This document shows, one piece after another, positions 17,750 to 25,874 of a stretch of 39,365 nucleotides of DNA; positions within the stretch are counted from its first letter, which is position 1; each line of letters opens with the position of its first letter. Source of the stretch: a virus (taxonomy: Duplodnaviria > Caudoviricetes); IMG/VR virus record IMGVR_UViG_3300048861_000032, positions 1 through 39,365 of that record. One strand, 5' to 3'. A program made the position numbers and the translations under genes. The notes beneath the pieces were generated by a model. It did no database searches. It was not told where the DNA came from and saw only the letters and a program-made list of their open reading frames with translations.

Positions 17750-20581
17750 ATGGCCGTTGTCGTCCCCTATGGTAAGCAGCAGTTTCTTGATGCAGCCGGG
17801 ACCTCTCTCGCGCTTGGAAGCGTGGCCTTCTACGTCCCCGGCACGACAACGCCCAAGGACACCTGGCAGGATTCCGCGCAGACCACGCTAAACGCCAACC
17901 CCGTTCCGCTGGATGCTTCTGGAACTGCCATCATCTTCGGGTCAGGTGACTATCGCCAGATCGTTTCCGACGCGAACGGCAACACCATTTGGGATCGCGT
18001 GGTTCACGCTGATGACACCCCCGTCGTCGGCCTATTCACATCTGCGTCGTCCCTAAAAATCCCGACTACCATCAATATCGTCCAGACCAGCGGCTACTCC
18101 ACCGTCGGCATCGGCGCGGCTCTCTACGCGGCCACGACCAACACTGGCACAACCCCCTACCGCTTCCAGACCGCGAACGGGCGGTGGTTCGAGATCGTCG
18201 CGCAGAACGGCCGTCTGCACGTTGATGCGTTCGGAGCAAAGGGGGACTGCCCGGATTTCACCAATGTAACTGACCAGGGCGTAATCGCTGTAGGCCTCGC
18301 CGCGGCGACGAACGATGTCGCTGCTTTTGTAGCAGCCGCGCAACGGGCTCAGGAGATCGCGTTCACCTCTCCGGGTGCGGGATGTGAGATCGTGCACGGC
18401 GGCGGCAAGTGGTATCGAATCGGCTATTCCGCCTCCAACCCGGCGATCACCCTGGCGGCCAACTGCTCCATGACACTTGTCGGCGGAGGAGGCATCCAGC
18501 TTGACCCCACGACTGCGATCGATTGGTCGACGCTCCCCGCCGCCCCCACGAACAAGGCACGTAACATCGGCTGCGTCGGCGTGGGCGACGCCTTTACCGG
18601 GCTGTTCGATCAGCCCACCGGGACCAATTTCAACGGGTTCATATTCGACAACGCCCCTGCGACCTTCACGAACAACAACATTTTCCGCGACCTCGTTTTC
18701 CGCTGCGACCTGCGCGTTAACTGGCGGGCGCTGTCTGGAACGTGGCGCCTGAACGGCATCAATTGCCATTACAGCACCAACACTCTGGTCGATAATTGCT
18801 ATTTCAAGGGGACGCCCAGCGACGGCTGCTCATTGTTTGGCGGCTTCAACCGGAAAATCCTGAACTGCAAGGCCGATTATGTCGGTCACGGCGGACAGAA
18901 CGGGACATCCAAGAACGGGGTATCCATGTATGGAACCGCGTTCAAGAACAATCCTCTACTGTCCAGCCATGATGACTTCGTCGACAACGTCGCCACGAAC
19001 TTCGGCCGAGACGCTGGGGTCGCATATGGCAACATAAAAAATGGCAGCATCAGCAATATCTATAGCACTGGAGATCAGGACCGTGCTATCGAGGGAGTTG
19101 CTGAAACGACGTTGACGCAGGCCACGTTCGGCTCTCCATTGCCGTTCGGAACGATCGTGCATGATGTGGTCCAGGATGGGCTGTTCGCTGTCGCAACGGC
19201 GACCACTAATGTAGCCATCGGTCAAACCGTTGTCACGGTATCTGATGCTTATTACATCAACAAGACGGACGTATCGACACCAAGGTATTTGCGTATCGGC
19301 GGAAATTTCTACGTCGTCAGTTCAGTTGATTACGTAAACAACACAGTGACGCTAGGCTCAGCGCTCACAACTGCGGTTTCTATCGGCGACACATTCTACA
19401 CGCTCGCCCGCTGCTCGGTCACTCCCGAAACGTCTAACCAGAGCGTGTGTGACGTTCACGATGTTATCGCGTCGAACATCGGCGCGGGGCTCAACGTATT
19501 CAGCTTCCATCAAAATAACGATGGAACTATCACGTACCGAAACATTACCCTGAAGGACTGCACGTATCTGGCGACAAATTTGGCGGCAATCTTCGCCTCC
19601 TCGGCCAATGCGTCGGCAAGCAACATCGTTCTTCTCAATAACGTCGGTTTTTCAGACGGAACGACAAATGCCTTCAACTTCCTGAACGCAGAAATCAACT
19701 CGGACATTGACGGCGCCACCATAGATGCCGGTTTCGGTCAGATTGCTAAGATCAGCAATCTTACCGGTCAGCCGTCCAACCGCATTTCCATCAGAAATGT
19801 TGTCGCGAGCGGCACAATGTCCAGCGCGTTTCAGTTGGACATCCGCTCCAATTGCACGTTGGTTGACATCGAAAATAATACTGTTGACGGAATGAATTCG
19901 AGCGCAAGCCTTGGAGCGGCGCTTGTGGTTACGTCGGCATCCTCATTCGCTGCAACCAAGATGCGCATAAGAAACAACTCATACTCTGCCATCAATCCCA
20001 TTCGTCGCACCATGTTAAGCAATAGCGCCCCTGCGGCCGGCGCGATCGGTACGCTTATCATAGACGGTAATGATTGCGGCCTGAATGCGTCGGGGCAGCT
20101 TTCCAGCTTTATTGGTGGTAGCTATCTGCCGTGGGCAAACGCCTCCTATGATAACTCAGGCGGTGCAGCGACCAACTTCTACGACGATCATAACCGTCTG
20201 CTTGGGCAACAGAAGGTGCGCGCCTCTGCCGTGCCGACCACGGGCACGTGGGGCCAAGGCGATACCATCGACAATATCGGTCCTGCGGCGGCTGGCGTGC
20301 CCGGTTGGGTTTGCACGACACCAGGCACCTTCGGGGCGATTGGTAGCGGAACGACGGCGAGCACGACGTCCGGAAGCAGGACCGCGACCTTCGCTGACAC
20401 AACCGGGCTCGTGAGCGGGTCGTTCGTCAACGTGACGGGGCTGTCCCCTTCATTGAAGCGGATATACTCGGTGAGCGGGTTGACCGTCACCTTCACGGAT
20501 AACGCCAGCGCCACGCTCACCGGCGCGGCGGTCTCAAACCAAGCGCCGGTAATGAAGGCGATGGCGAGCCTCGCCGCATGA
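17750..20581 (+). CDS. Tailspike / receptor-binding depolymerase
   Basis: N-terminal virion-anchoring domain ('QQFLDAAG...FYVPGTTTPKDTWQD...NANPVPLDASG'), 'VDAFGAKGD' pectate-lyase-like beta-helix start, Asn-rich helix rungs, C-terminal 'PTTGTWGQGD...GWVCTTPGT'. Confidence 0.88.
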   Translation: MAVVVPYGKQQFLDAAGTSLALGSVAFYVPGTTTPKDTWQDSAQTTLNANPVPLDASGTAIIFGSGDYRQIVSDANGNTIWDRVVHADDTPVVGLFTSASSLKIPTTINIVQTSGYSTVGIGAALYAATTNTGTTPYRFQTANGRWFEIVAQNGRLHVDAFGAKGDCPDFTNVTDQGVIAVGLAAATNDVAAFVAAAQRAQEIAFTSPGAGCEIVHGGGKWYRIGYSASNPAITLAANCSMTLVGGGGIQLDPTTAIDWSTLPAAPTNKARNIGCVGVGDAFTGLFDQPTGTNFNGFIFDNAPATFTNNNIFRDLVFRCDLRVNWRALSGTWRLNGINCHYSTNTLVDNCYFKGTPSDGCSLFGGFNRKILNCKADYVGHGGQNGTSKNGVSMYGTAFKNNPLLSSHDDFVDNVATNFGRDAGVAYGNIKNGSISNIYSTGDQDRAIEGVAETTLTQATFGSPLPFGTIVHDVVQDGLFAVATATTNVAIGQTVVTVSDAYYINKTDVSTPRYLRIGGNFYVVSSVDYVNNTVTLGSALTTAVSIGDTFYTLARCSVTPETSNQSVCDVHDVIASNIGAGLNVFSFHQNNDGTITYRNITLKDCTYLATNLAAIFASSANASASNIVLLNNVGFSDGTTNAFNFLNAEINSDIDGATIDAGFGQIAKISNLTGQPSNRISIRNVVASGTMSSAFQLDIRSNCTLVDIENNTVDGMNSSASLGAALVVTSASSFAATKMRIRNNSYSAINPIRRTMLSNSAPAAGAIGTLIIDGNDCGLNASGQLSSFIGGSYLPWANASYDNSGGAATNFYDDHNRLLGQQKVRASAVPTTGTWGQGDTIDNIGPAAAGVPGWVCTTPGTFGAIGSGTTASTTSGSRTATFADTTGLVSGSFVNVTGLSPSLKRIYSVSGLTVTFTDNASATLTGAAVSNQAPVMKAMASLAA

Positions 20582-20904
20582 CTGTAGACCCCACACAGAT
20601 GATCTTTGAGGAGATGCGGCTTATGCGCGCGAGCTTTGACCGGCTTGAGCGCGTGGTCGGCGAAGTCAAAGAGCATCTGGCGGGGATCACCAACGAGATC
20701 AAGCACGTCAACGAGCATCGGGAAAAGACCGACGAGCGGTTCCTGAAGCTAGAGGGGCGCGTCGATCTCCTCGACGCATGGCGCAACCAGCAAGTCGCGA
20801 AGAGCGGCCTTCTGGCGTGGCTTATAGGCTCCCCTCTCGTCGGTTGGGTCGCAACGGCTGCGGCGCTGGCGTGGAACTTCCTGAGCGGAAAGGGCCATCC
20901 ATGA
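20578..20904 (+). CDS. Coiled-coil protein with C-terminal TM helix (holin/antiholin-like)
   Basis: Heptad N-terminal region plus one C-terminal hydrophobic segment; directly upstream of the endolysin. Confidence 0.55.
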   Translation: MTVDPTQMIFEEMRLMRASFDRLERVVGEVKEHLAGITNEIKHVNEHREKTDERFLKLEGRVDLLDAWRNQQVAKSGLLAWLIGSPLVGWVATAAALAWNFLSGKGHP

Positions 20905-21356
20905 AGCATTCAACACAATGCGCCGATCTCATCCGCAAGTCGGAGGGCTGCAAGCTCTGTGCCTATCCCGACCCGGGAACGGGCGCCGAGCCCTTCACCT
21001 GTGGTTGGGGCGCTACCGGCCCCGATGTCACGCCTCGGACGGTCTGGACGCAAGCGCAGGCCGATGCGCGGCTGGAAGCCGATCTCGCCAAGGTGGATGC
21101 GCAGGTCAATGCGATGATCGGCAATGCTCCGACTACGCAAGGTCAGTTCGATGCGCTTGTGGACTTTGCGTACAACGCCGGCGCCCACAACCTGCAAACC
21201 TCCACGTTGCTCAGGAAGCACCTCGCGGGCGACCATGCCGGCGCCCAGCAACAGTTCGCGCGATGGGTCTACGCCGGCGGGAAGATCCTGCCTGGCCTCG
21301 TCAAGCGCCGGGCCTCCGAAGCCGCTCTCTATGGAGCCAAGCATGACATACCTTAG
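20901..21356 (+). CDS. Endolysin, phage lysozyme (GH24)
   Basis: 'SEGCKLCAYPDPGTG...TCGWGATG' E-D-T triad, 'QGQFDALVDFAYNAG' and 'LPGLVKRRASE'. Confidence 0.95.
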   Translation: MKHSTQCADLIRKSEGCKLCAYPDPGTGAEPFTCGWGATGPDVTPRTVWTQAQADARLEADLAKVDAQVNAMIGNAPTTQGQFDALVDFAYNAGAHNLQTSTLLRKHLAGDHAGAQQQFARWVYAGGKILPGLVKRRASEAALYGAKHDIP

Positions 21357-21507
21357 GAACCGCCTCAACGAGCGATCCACCTGGATCATGTTCGGTGCAG
21401 GCGTGACCGCCGCGTCCGCCCTCCCCTCGCCGTGGTCCTACATCTCGATGGCCGTGGCGATCGTCGGAGCCCTTGTTCCTGATGGCCCTATGAAGGATCG
21501 CCCATGA
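21343..21507 (+). CDS. Small holin-like membrane protein (54 aa)
   Basis: 'RLNERSTW' followed by two short hydrophobic segments; GGAG RBS; within the lysis cassette. Confidence 0.6.
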   Translation: MTYLRNRLNERSTWIMFGAGVTAASALPSPWSYISMAVAIVGALVPDGPMKDRP

Positions 21508-21953
21508 CCTTCCTCGCATCATGGCTGGTCGGCAAGACGATCGGCGGCTTCACCATACCGCCATGGCTGGCGAAGCTTCTGGAGCGCCTCGCGTTCGTGC
21601 TGGTCGGCCTGCTCATCCTGTGGGGCATCTACCACGAGATCCGCGTCTCCGGTGAGCGTGCGCAGCAGGACAAGGACGCGGCGGAGATTGCGAACCTCCG
21701 CACGAACGTCTCGACGCTCGAGGCGAATGTCCGAACGAAGGATACACAAATCGGACAGCAGAACGCCTCGATCGATGCGCTCAAGAAGGACGGCGATGCC
21801 AAGGCGGCTGCGGCCCTCGTGGAGCGCGACAACGCACTGAAGGCAAACAAGGCGCTGACTGACCAGTCCGCCGCGCTGTCGGCCTCTGCGGCGCGGCCTA
21901 GCGGTAAGCCCTGCGGCGTGTCGGATGCGCTCAAGTCAGCGAGGGATTTGTGA
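21504..21953 (+). CDS. Inner-membrane spanin (Rz-like)
   Basis: N-terminal TM helix, long periplasmic coiled coil and a C-terminal Cys. Confidence 0.75.
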   Translation: MTFLASWLVGKTIGGFTIPPWLAKLLERLAFVLVGLLILWGIYHEIRVSGERAQQDKDAAEIANLRTNVSTLEANVRTKDTQIGQQNASIDALKKDGDAKAAAALVERDNALKANKALTDQSAALSASAARPSGKPCGVSDALKSARDL

Positions 21954-22180
21954 TGCCCACTCGCATTCACCCGGCTGGTTGGGACCTGTGCGAGATGGCC
22001 GACGCGTCCGGAATGATCCGCGAGCGCCACGTTATCCCGTGCGAAGATTTGCGCGAGCATGATCTGACTTCGGATTGCTGGTGCCGCCCCTTCGAGGACG
22101 GCGAGATGCCCGGCCTGTGGGCGCACAACAGCATGGACCGCCGAGAACTCCTCGAAGAAGCCAAGGGTATGGTGCAATAA
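21950..22180 (+). CDS. Hypothetical Cys/His-rich protein
   Basis: 'HVIPCEDLREH...DCWCRP...HNSMDRRE'; translationally coupled on both sides. Confidence 0.65.
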   Translation: MMPTRIHPAGWDLCEMADASGMIRERHVIPCEDLREHDLTSDCWCRPFEDGEMPGLWAHNSMDRRELLEEAKGMVQ

Positions 22181-22560
22181 TGCGTGACCGCACGGAAGCC
22201 GATGACATCGTGCAAGGCGCCTACAACCGAGCATTGCTCGATCTTGTCCTGCCGCCCATGCGACGGGCTGCGAAAGACGCGGGGTATACCGTCACGGTGC
22301 ATGGGTCGCTCAACCGCGACATTGATTTGGTCGCCGTCCCGTGGCGCGAACACAATGTCTGGTCGGCCGATGCGCTGATCGACGCTCTAGTCGGCGCTAT
22401 GCGCGGGGTCGTCGGGCGCGCGCACTGCCACGACAAGAAATGGGAGCCTAAGCCCCACGGCCGCCAAGCGAAGAGTTTGCTCGCATGGTGCGGTGAGAAT
22501 AGTGCACACTTCGACCTGAGTGTCATGCCGGCAACCATCAAGCCGGATGGAGACGAGTGA
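22180..22560 (+). CDS. Hypothetical protein with a minimal nucleotidyltransferase-like motif
   Basis: 'GYTVTVHGSLNRDIDLVAVPW' plus a distal 'FDLSV'; TAATG coupling with the upstream gene. Confidence 0.55.
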   Translation: MRDRTEADDIVQGAYNRALLDLVLPPMRRAAKDAGYTVTVHGSLNRDIDLVAVPWREHNVWSADALIDALVGAMRGVVGRAHCHDKKWEPKPHGRQAKSLLAWCGENSAHFDLSVMPATIKPDGDE

Positions 22561-22832
22561 TGCGAACCCGTGCAATCTTTGCACTAGTTGGACTGCTCGC
22601 CGGCTGCGCTGCACAGACCCCTTGTGTCCCCAAGATCATCCCCGGACCGCCGGTCAAGGTCGCCGTACCCACTCGTTGTATCGACGCGGCCACGGTCCCC
22701 GCCGAGCCCGGCCCGACAACGATCTACCCCGACGATGCATCCCGCACCGCCGATGCACTCGCCTCCAAGGTCGGTGATCTTCGGGTGTGGGGCCGGTCGC
22801 TGGTAGCGATGATGGGGCCTTGCACCAAGTAG
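22560..22832 (+). CDS. Outer-membrane spanin lipoprotein (Rz1-like)
   Basis: Signal peptide with LAGC lipobox; Pro-rich mature part with additional Cys. Confidence 0.8.
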   Translation: MRTRAIFALVGLLAGCAAQTPCVPKIIPGPPVKVAVPTRCIDAATVPAEPGPTTIYPDDASRTADALASKVGDLRVWGRSLVAMMGPCTK

Positions 22833-22854
22833 CTTCTCGCGCGTTTACGCCGCC

Positions 22855-22995
22855 ATGGACACACCCAAGCCCCCATCCGAGATGACGGACGACGAGCTTC
22901 GCCGCGAATGGAACTGCATTGATTGCGATTCTGAGGATGAGGCGCGCACCGACGAGCTGGCGGCTGAGCTGGAGAAGCGCGGGTTAGATATTTGA
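22855..22995 (+). CDS. Small acidic hypothetical protein (46 aa, MDTPKPPSEMTDDELRREW...AAELEKRGLDI)
   Basis: Hand-translated ORF with natural-looking helical composition; weak RBS. Confidence 0.5.
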   Translation: MDTPKPPSEMTDDELRREWNCIDCDSEDEARTDELAAELEKRGLDI

Positions 22996-22999
22996 GAGG

Positions 23000-23032
23000 C
23001 TGCGGCGACCGACACGAAGTCAGCCGCCGCAG
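23000..23032. terminator. Hairpin between convergent genes
   Basis: CTGCGGCG...CGCCGCAG stem with an inner GAC/GTC pair; no clear U-tract. Confidence 0.4.
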
Positions 23033-23037
23033 GTTCA

Positions 23038-23223
23038 TCAGACTCCAGCGCCCAACTTACCGGTATTGATCTCCGAAATCCGGCCTTGGTTGAGATGGAG
23101 GTCCGCAGCTATATCGTGCTGGTATTCACCAGCAGCGAGACGCTTGCGCACCTCACGGATCAGATCTGGAGTGATCTTAGCCCGGTCAGGGCGGCTTGCG
23201 CGACGGCGCGGTAGTTCGTTCAT
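23038..23223 (-). CDS. Small helix-turn-helix DNA-binding protein (61 aa)
   Basis: 'KITPDLIREVRKRLAAGEYQHDIAADLHLNQGRISEINTGK' HTH pattern. Confidence 0.75.
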   Translation of the reverse strand: MNELPRRRASRPDRAKITPDLIREVRKRLAAGEYQHDIAADLHLNQGRISEINTGKLGAGV

Positions 23224-23247
23224 TTGGACGCCTTTTTGTCCGATCGA

Positions 23248-23402
23248 CCGGCTTGACGAGGAGTCCCACCTGTGGAAGAACCACAGGCCTGACGGGACGC
23301 CTCGCTCTCGCATTCCGGCCAAGGATTGTGCGAGAGTTACCCCGATCAGAAGGCCCGGTGTTAGCGCATCGGGCCTTCGTCATATCGGGATAATCAAGTC
23401 GG
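23248..23402 (+). ncRNA. Putative structured non-coding RNA (four-way junction)
   Basis: Closing stem 23248-56/23394-402 encloses three adjacent stems (23257-304, 23305-336, 23341-389). G-U pairs favour the + strand. Confidence 0.55.
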
Positions 23403-23569
23403 GACCTTGGATTGTTTCGGCGGCCGTTTCAATCTGTTCATCGCCAAATCGAGTCATCTCATCGCAGGACTCAAACGACTCGGCGTTCTCCACCTGTCCC
23501 ACGTTAACTGTTCTCGATCGGAACCGGGCGGCTTCCACCCAATCGCGCTCCCTACTCCGTGGGAATCCC

Positions 23570-23806
23570 CTACTCCTTCAGCTTCCCCTCCACGAACAGC
23601 CTGATCCTGTTTCGCGCGGCGTTCATGCTCTGGCTGCGTCCGATCGGCTCCGCGCTGTTGGCGGCTTCCCAGAAGTAAACGAGCGCATCCTTGTTGACGC
23701 GGTGCTTGTGGAGCGCGCGAAGGGCCTTGCGCACCTCTTCCAGGTCGAACGCCTTAGCGTTGTCCGCCGCGTGGTCGAGGATGGCTAGGGCTTCGGCGGG
23801 GGACAT
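23570..23806 (-). CDS. Hypothetical protein (78 aa)
   Basis: ORF MSPAEALAILDHAADN... within the leftward gene cluster next to attP. Confidence 0.55.
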   Translation of the reverse strand: MSPAEALAILDHAADNAKAFDLEEVRKALRALHKHRVNKDALVYFWEAANSAEPIGRSQSMNAARNRIRLFVEGKLKE

Positions 23807-24063
23807 GCTTCGGTCTCGGCAAGCGCTGCGTCGACCATGGCAGGCGACATCACATCCGCAAGCACGGCATCGCGGGGAAAGATCTTGTCGTACTCGGCCT
23901 CGCCCTGACGGATCATCCCCGGCGTCGGCTCGCGCATGGCGGCGAGGACGGCGCGGGCATGGTCCCGATAGTCGGACCATTTGGGACACACGCCACTGTC
24001 GGACTGGTTGAATTCCGCCAAGGCGATCGCCCGCGCCACCCGCTCGATCATGGTGTCAGTCAT
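23785..24063 (-). CDS. Hypothetical phage protein
   Basis: 'MIERVARAI...ARAVLAAMREPTPGM...AMVDAAL' pattern common in alphaproteobacterial phage early genes. Confidence 0.7.
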   Translation of the reverse strand: MTDTMIERVARAIALAEFNQSDSGVCPKWSDYRDHARAVLAAMREPTPGMIRQGEAEYDKIFPRDAVLADVMSPAMVDAALAETEACPPPKP

Positions 24064-24217
24064 CGCTGGAGACCGAGACCGAGGTGACGACAAGCGTCTT
24101 CAACTCCTGCCGCGAACGAGGCTTCCAGAATTCCCACCAGTGCCGCGTGTGCGTTTGGTGGAACGTAATGGTGTCGCCCGGCACGATAGGAGTGGGCGGC
24201 GCGCTAATCGTGATCAT
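24056..24217 (-). CDS. Hypothetical protein (53 aa)
   Basis: Hand-translated ORF MITISAPP...HWWEFWKPR...; overlaps the start of the next gene. Confidence 0.45.
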   Translation of the reverse strand: MITISAPPTPIVPGDTITFHQTHTRHWWEFWKPRSRQELKTLVVTSVSVSSDD

Positions 24218-24405
24218 CTCTCAATCCTGCCTTTCAATGGGGTGTAGTGGCAATGGGGCTGAGTGCGTGACGCCTCCGGAATGATCCCAAAAAGGCGCTC
24301 CGGTGCCGCTCCGGTGAATCCACGAGTCGAATCGGCGATGTTGCCAGCTTGTTCTCATGGTAGCAGAATCAGAAACCGCAGTTTTCCGCGCGTTTGCAAG
24401 CCATA

Positions 24406-24457
24406 CGCTGCCCTCCGAAGGCAGAGGCCACAGGTTCGAATCCTGTCGGGTGCGCCA
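24406..24457 (+). other. attP: attP core: 3' portion of tRNA-Arg(CCG)
   Basis: Anticodon arm CTGCC-CTCCGAA-GGCAG, T-arm ACAGG-TTCGAAT-CCTGT and acceptor 3' strand ending CCA; no D-arm or 5' acceptor strand; adjacent to the integrase stop. Confidence 0.92.
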
Positions 24458-24460
24458 TGA

Positions 24461-24473
24461 AATCAAGCACTTA
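24461..24473 (+). promoter_or_regulatory. IHF binding site in attP
   Basis: AATCAAGCACTTA is an exact match to WATCAANNNNTTR. Confidence 0.7.
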
Positions 24474-25722
24474 GCTCCTTCGGCACGATTCGCAGTCCGG
24501 TGTCACTCCGGTGAAACGCCCCCGGTGCCAGCTTTTCGATGTCCGCGATAATGGCGTCCGTGACCGCCAAGGCGCGGCCCAACTGGCCGGTTTCGAACAG
24601 CGCGTAGACGTCGCTGGTGGACGGCTTCATGTGCCCGAGCATGCGCTGACCCTGAACCCAATGTTCCTCGCCCAGCCGCTTGCGGGCGATGGTCGCGATC
24701 GATCGCCGGATGAGCTTCATGCCCGTCTCGCGATCCCGCGGTAGCTCAAGGTGATCCAACATCGCCTCGAACGCCTTGCGCACCGAATCGACGGGCACGA
24801 ACCAACCCGAGGCCGCATCGAGCAACGCCGCACCGCGCTCACCGATCGGAACCGCGGGACGGAACTTGCGCGTCTGCGTGCGCCCGGCCGGGTTGAGGTC
24901 GAGCACGCGGGCATTCGACAGCCATTGCCGGCGCCCTATGTCCGTCGAGACATCATGCGCGGCGTCCGGTCGGCACCACGTGATGACGCTGATTTGCAGG
25001 AAGCGCAGGAGCGCGAGTCGGTCGGGCCGCTGCTTGCCCTTGGCGTTGGGCGTCATGGCATAGCGGAACATGGCCGCCAGCGTCTTGATGTCCGCCCGAT
25101 AGGTCGGGGTGCGGCTCACCTCTTCCGGCTTCTTCGCGCTGAACGCCGCGGCGAACAGGGTGTCCTTCTTGGCGTGAGCGTGATTGACCGCGGCGGCCAG
25201 CTGGCGGACGGACGCCTCTACTGTGCCAGCGCTCCGCGGCCGCTGTCTTCCTGCCTTGGGGTCTATGATCGGAACCTTGATCGCCCACTTGCGGAAGGCG
25301 CTGATCCAATCCGCGTCGACGTCCTCGCAGGCAGTCGCCAGCTTGTCTTCCGCAATGAGATAGGCGGAGACGTGCGCCAGCCGCGGCTTGATCGACGAAT
25401 AGGACGGTGAGTCCTCGCGCGCGATCAGATAGTTCGCGATGGCGTCGGCGAGCAGATGGCGATGACCGCGGTTGATGGTCTGCCCGCAGGTGGGGCAGAC
25501 GGCCTCGCCCCGCTCGCGCTTCTGGTAGAGCCGGTCTAGTTCGCGCTCGGCGTCCGCAATGTCCGCTGTAGCCGTCGACTTGCTTCGGAAACGGCCTGCG
25601 GACTGATCATACCAGAGGATCTGGAGGAATGGCGATCGGAGGCTTCCATCCCGCTTTCGATCCCAGGCGAGCTTATATTTGCCGCGGGAGTAGAGATCAG
25701 CGTCATCGATCGTTGCTGGCAT
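24463..25722 (-). CDS. int: Tyrosine recombinase / integrase
   Basis: Catalytic set 'TWCRP' (R), 'RKFRP' (K), 'KLIRRS' (H/KxxR), 'MLGH' and 'DVYA' (Y); adjacent to attP. Confidence 0.9.
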   Translation of the reverse strand: MPATIDDADLYSRGKYKLAWDRKRDGSLRSPFLQILWYDQSAGRFRSKSTATADIADAERELDRLYQKRERGEAVCPTCGQTINRGHRHLLADAIANYLIAREDSPSYSSIKPRLAHVSAYLIAEDKLATACEDVDADWISAFRKWAIKVPIIDPKAGRQRPRSAGTVEASVRQLAAAVNHAHAKKDTLFAAAFSAKKPEEVSRTPTYRADIKTLAAMFRYAMTPNAKGKQRPDRLALLRFLQISVITWCRPDAAHDVSTDIGRRQWLSNARVLDLNPAGRTQTRKFRPAVPIGERGAALLDAASGWFVPVDSVRKAFEAMLDHLELPRDRETGMKLIRRSIATIARKRLGEEHWVQGQRMLGHMKPSTSDVYALFETGQLGRALAVTDAIIADIEKLAPGAFHRSDTGLRIVPKELSA

Positions 25723-25874
25723 TGCACTCTCTGTAGTTCCATGGCCTTGGCAGCGATAAGCTCACCAACGCCGATCGCATTCAATAGGTCTAGGTCCTCG
25801 GCCTCCAGCCGGATGCCGCGGCGCTTGTCGGTCTGGCGCGACCAGTGGCGCAAGATGTCAGGCAGTGCTGTCAT
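25536..25874 (-). CDS. Hypothetical protein overlapping the int 5' end (excisionase position)
   Basis: ATGA-coupled to the upstream gene; overlaps int by ~187 nt in another frame. Confidence 0.5.
   Translation of the reverse strand: MTALPDILRHWSRQTDKRRGIRLEAEDLDLLNAIGVGELIAAKAMELQRVQCQQRSMTLISTPAANISSPGIESGMEASDRHSSRSSGMISPQAVSEASRRLQRTLRTPSAN

Larger units (their letters stand above)
24274..24527 (+). repeat. Integrase arm-type repeats (C/G)TCCGGTG flanking the att core
   Basis: Copies at 24298, 24309, 24495 and 24506; partial copies at 24274 and 24521. Confidence 0.65.

Noticed and set aside
17750-20581. Diversity-generating retroelement or invertible tail-fibre cassette
   Set aside because: No reverse transcriptase, invertase or duplicated template/variable repeat was seen.
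23510-23524. GTTC-N7-GAAC as a LexA box
   Set aside because: The orientation is inverted rather than the direct repeat used by alphaproteobacterial LexA. It may be another operator or chance.
24380-24457. Complete tRNA-Arg gene
   Set aside because: Only the anticodon arm, T-arm and 3' acceptor strand are present. The upstream sequence cannot form the D-arm or 5' acceptor strand, so it is an attP core.
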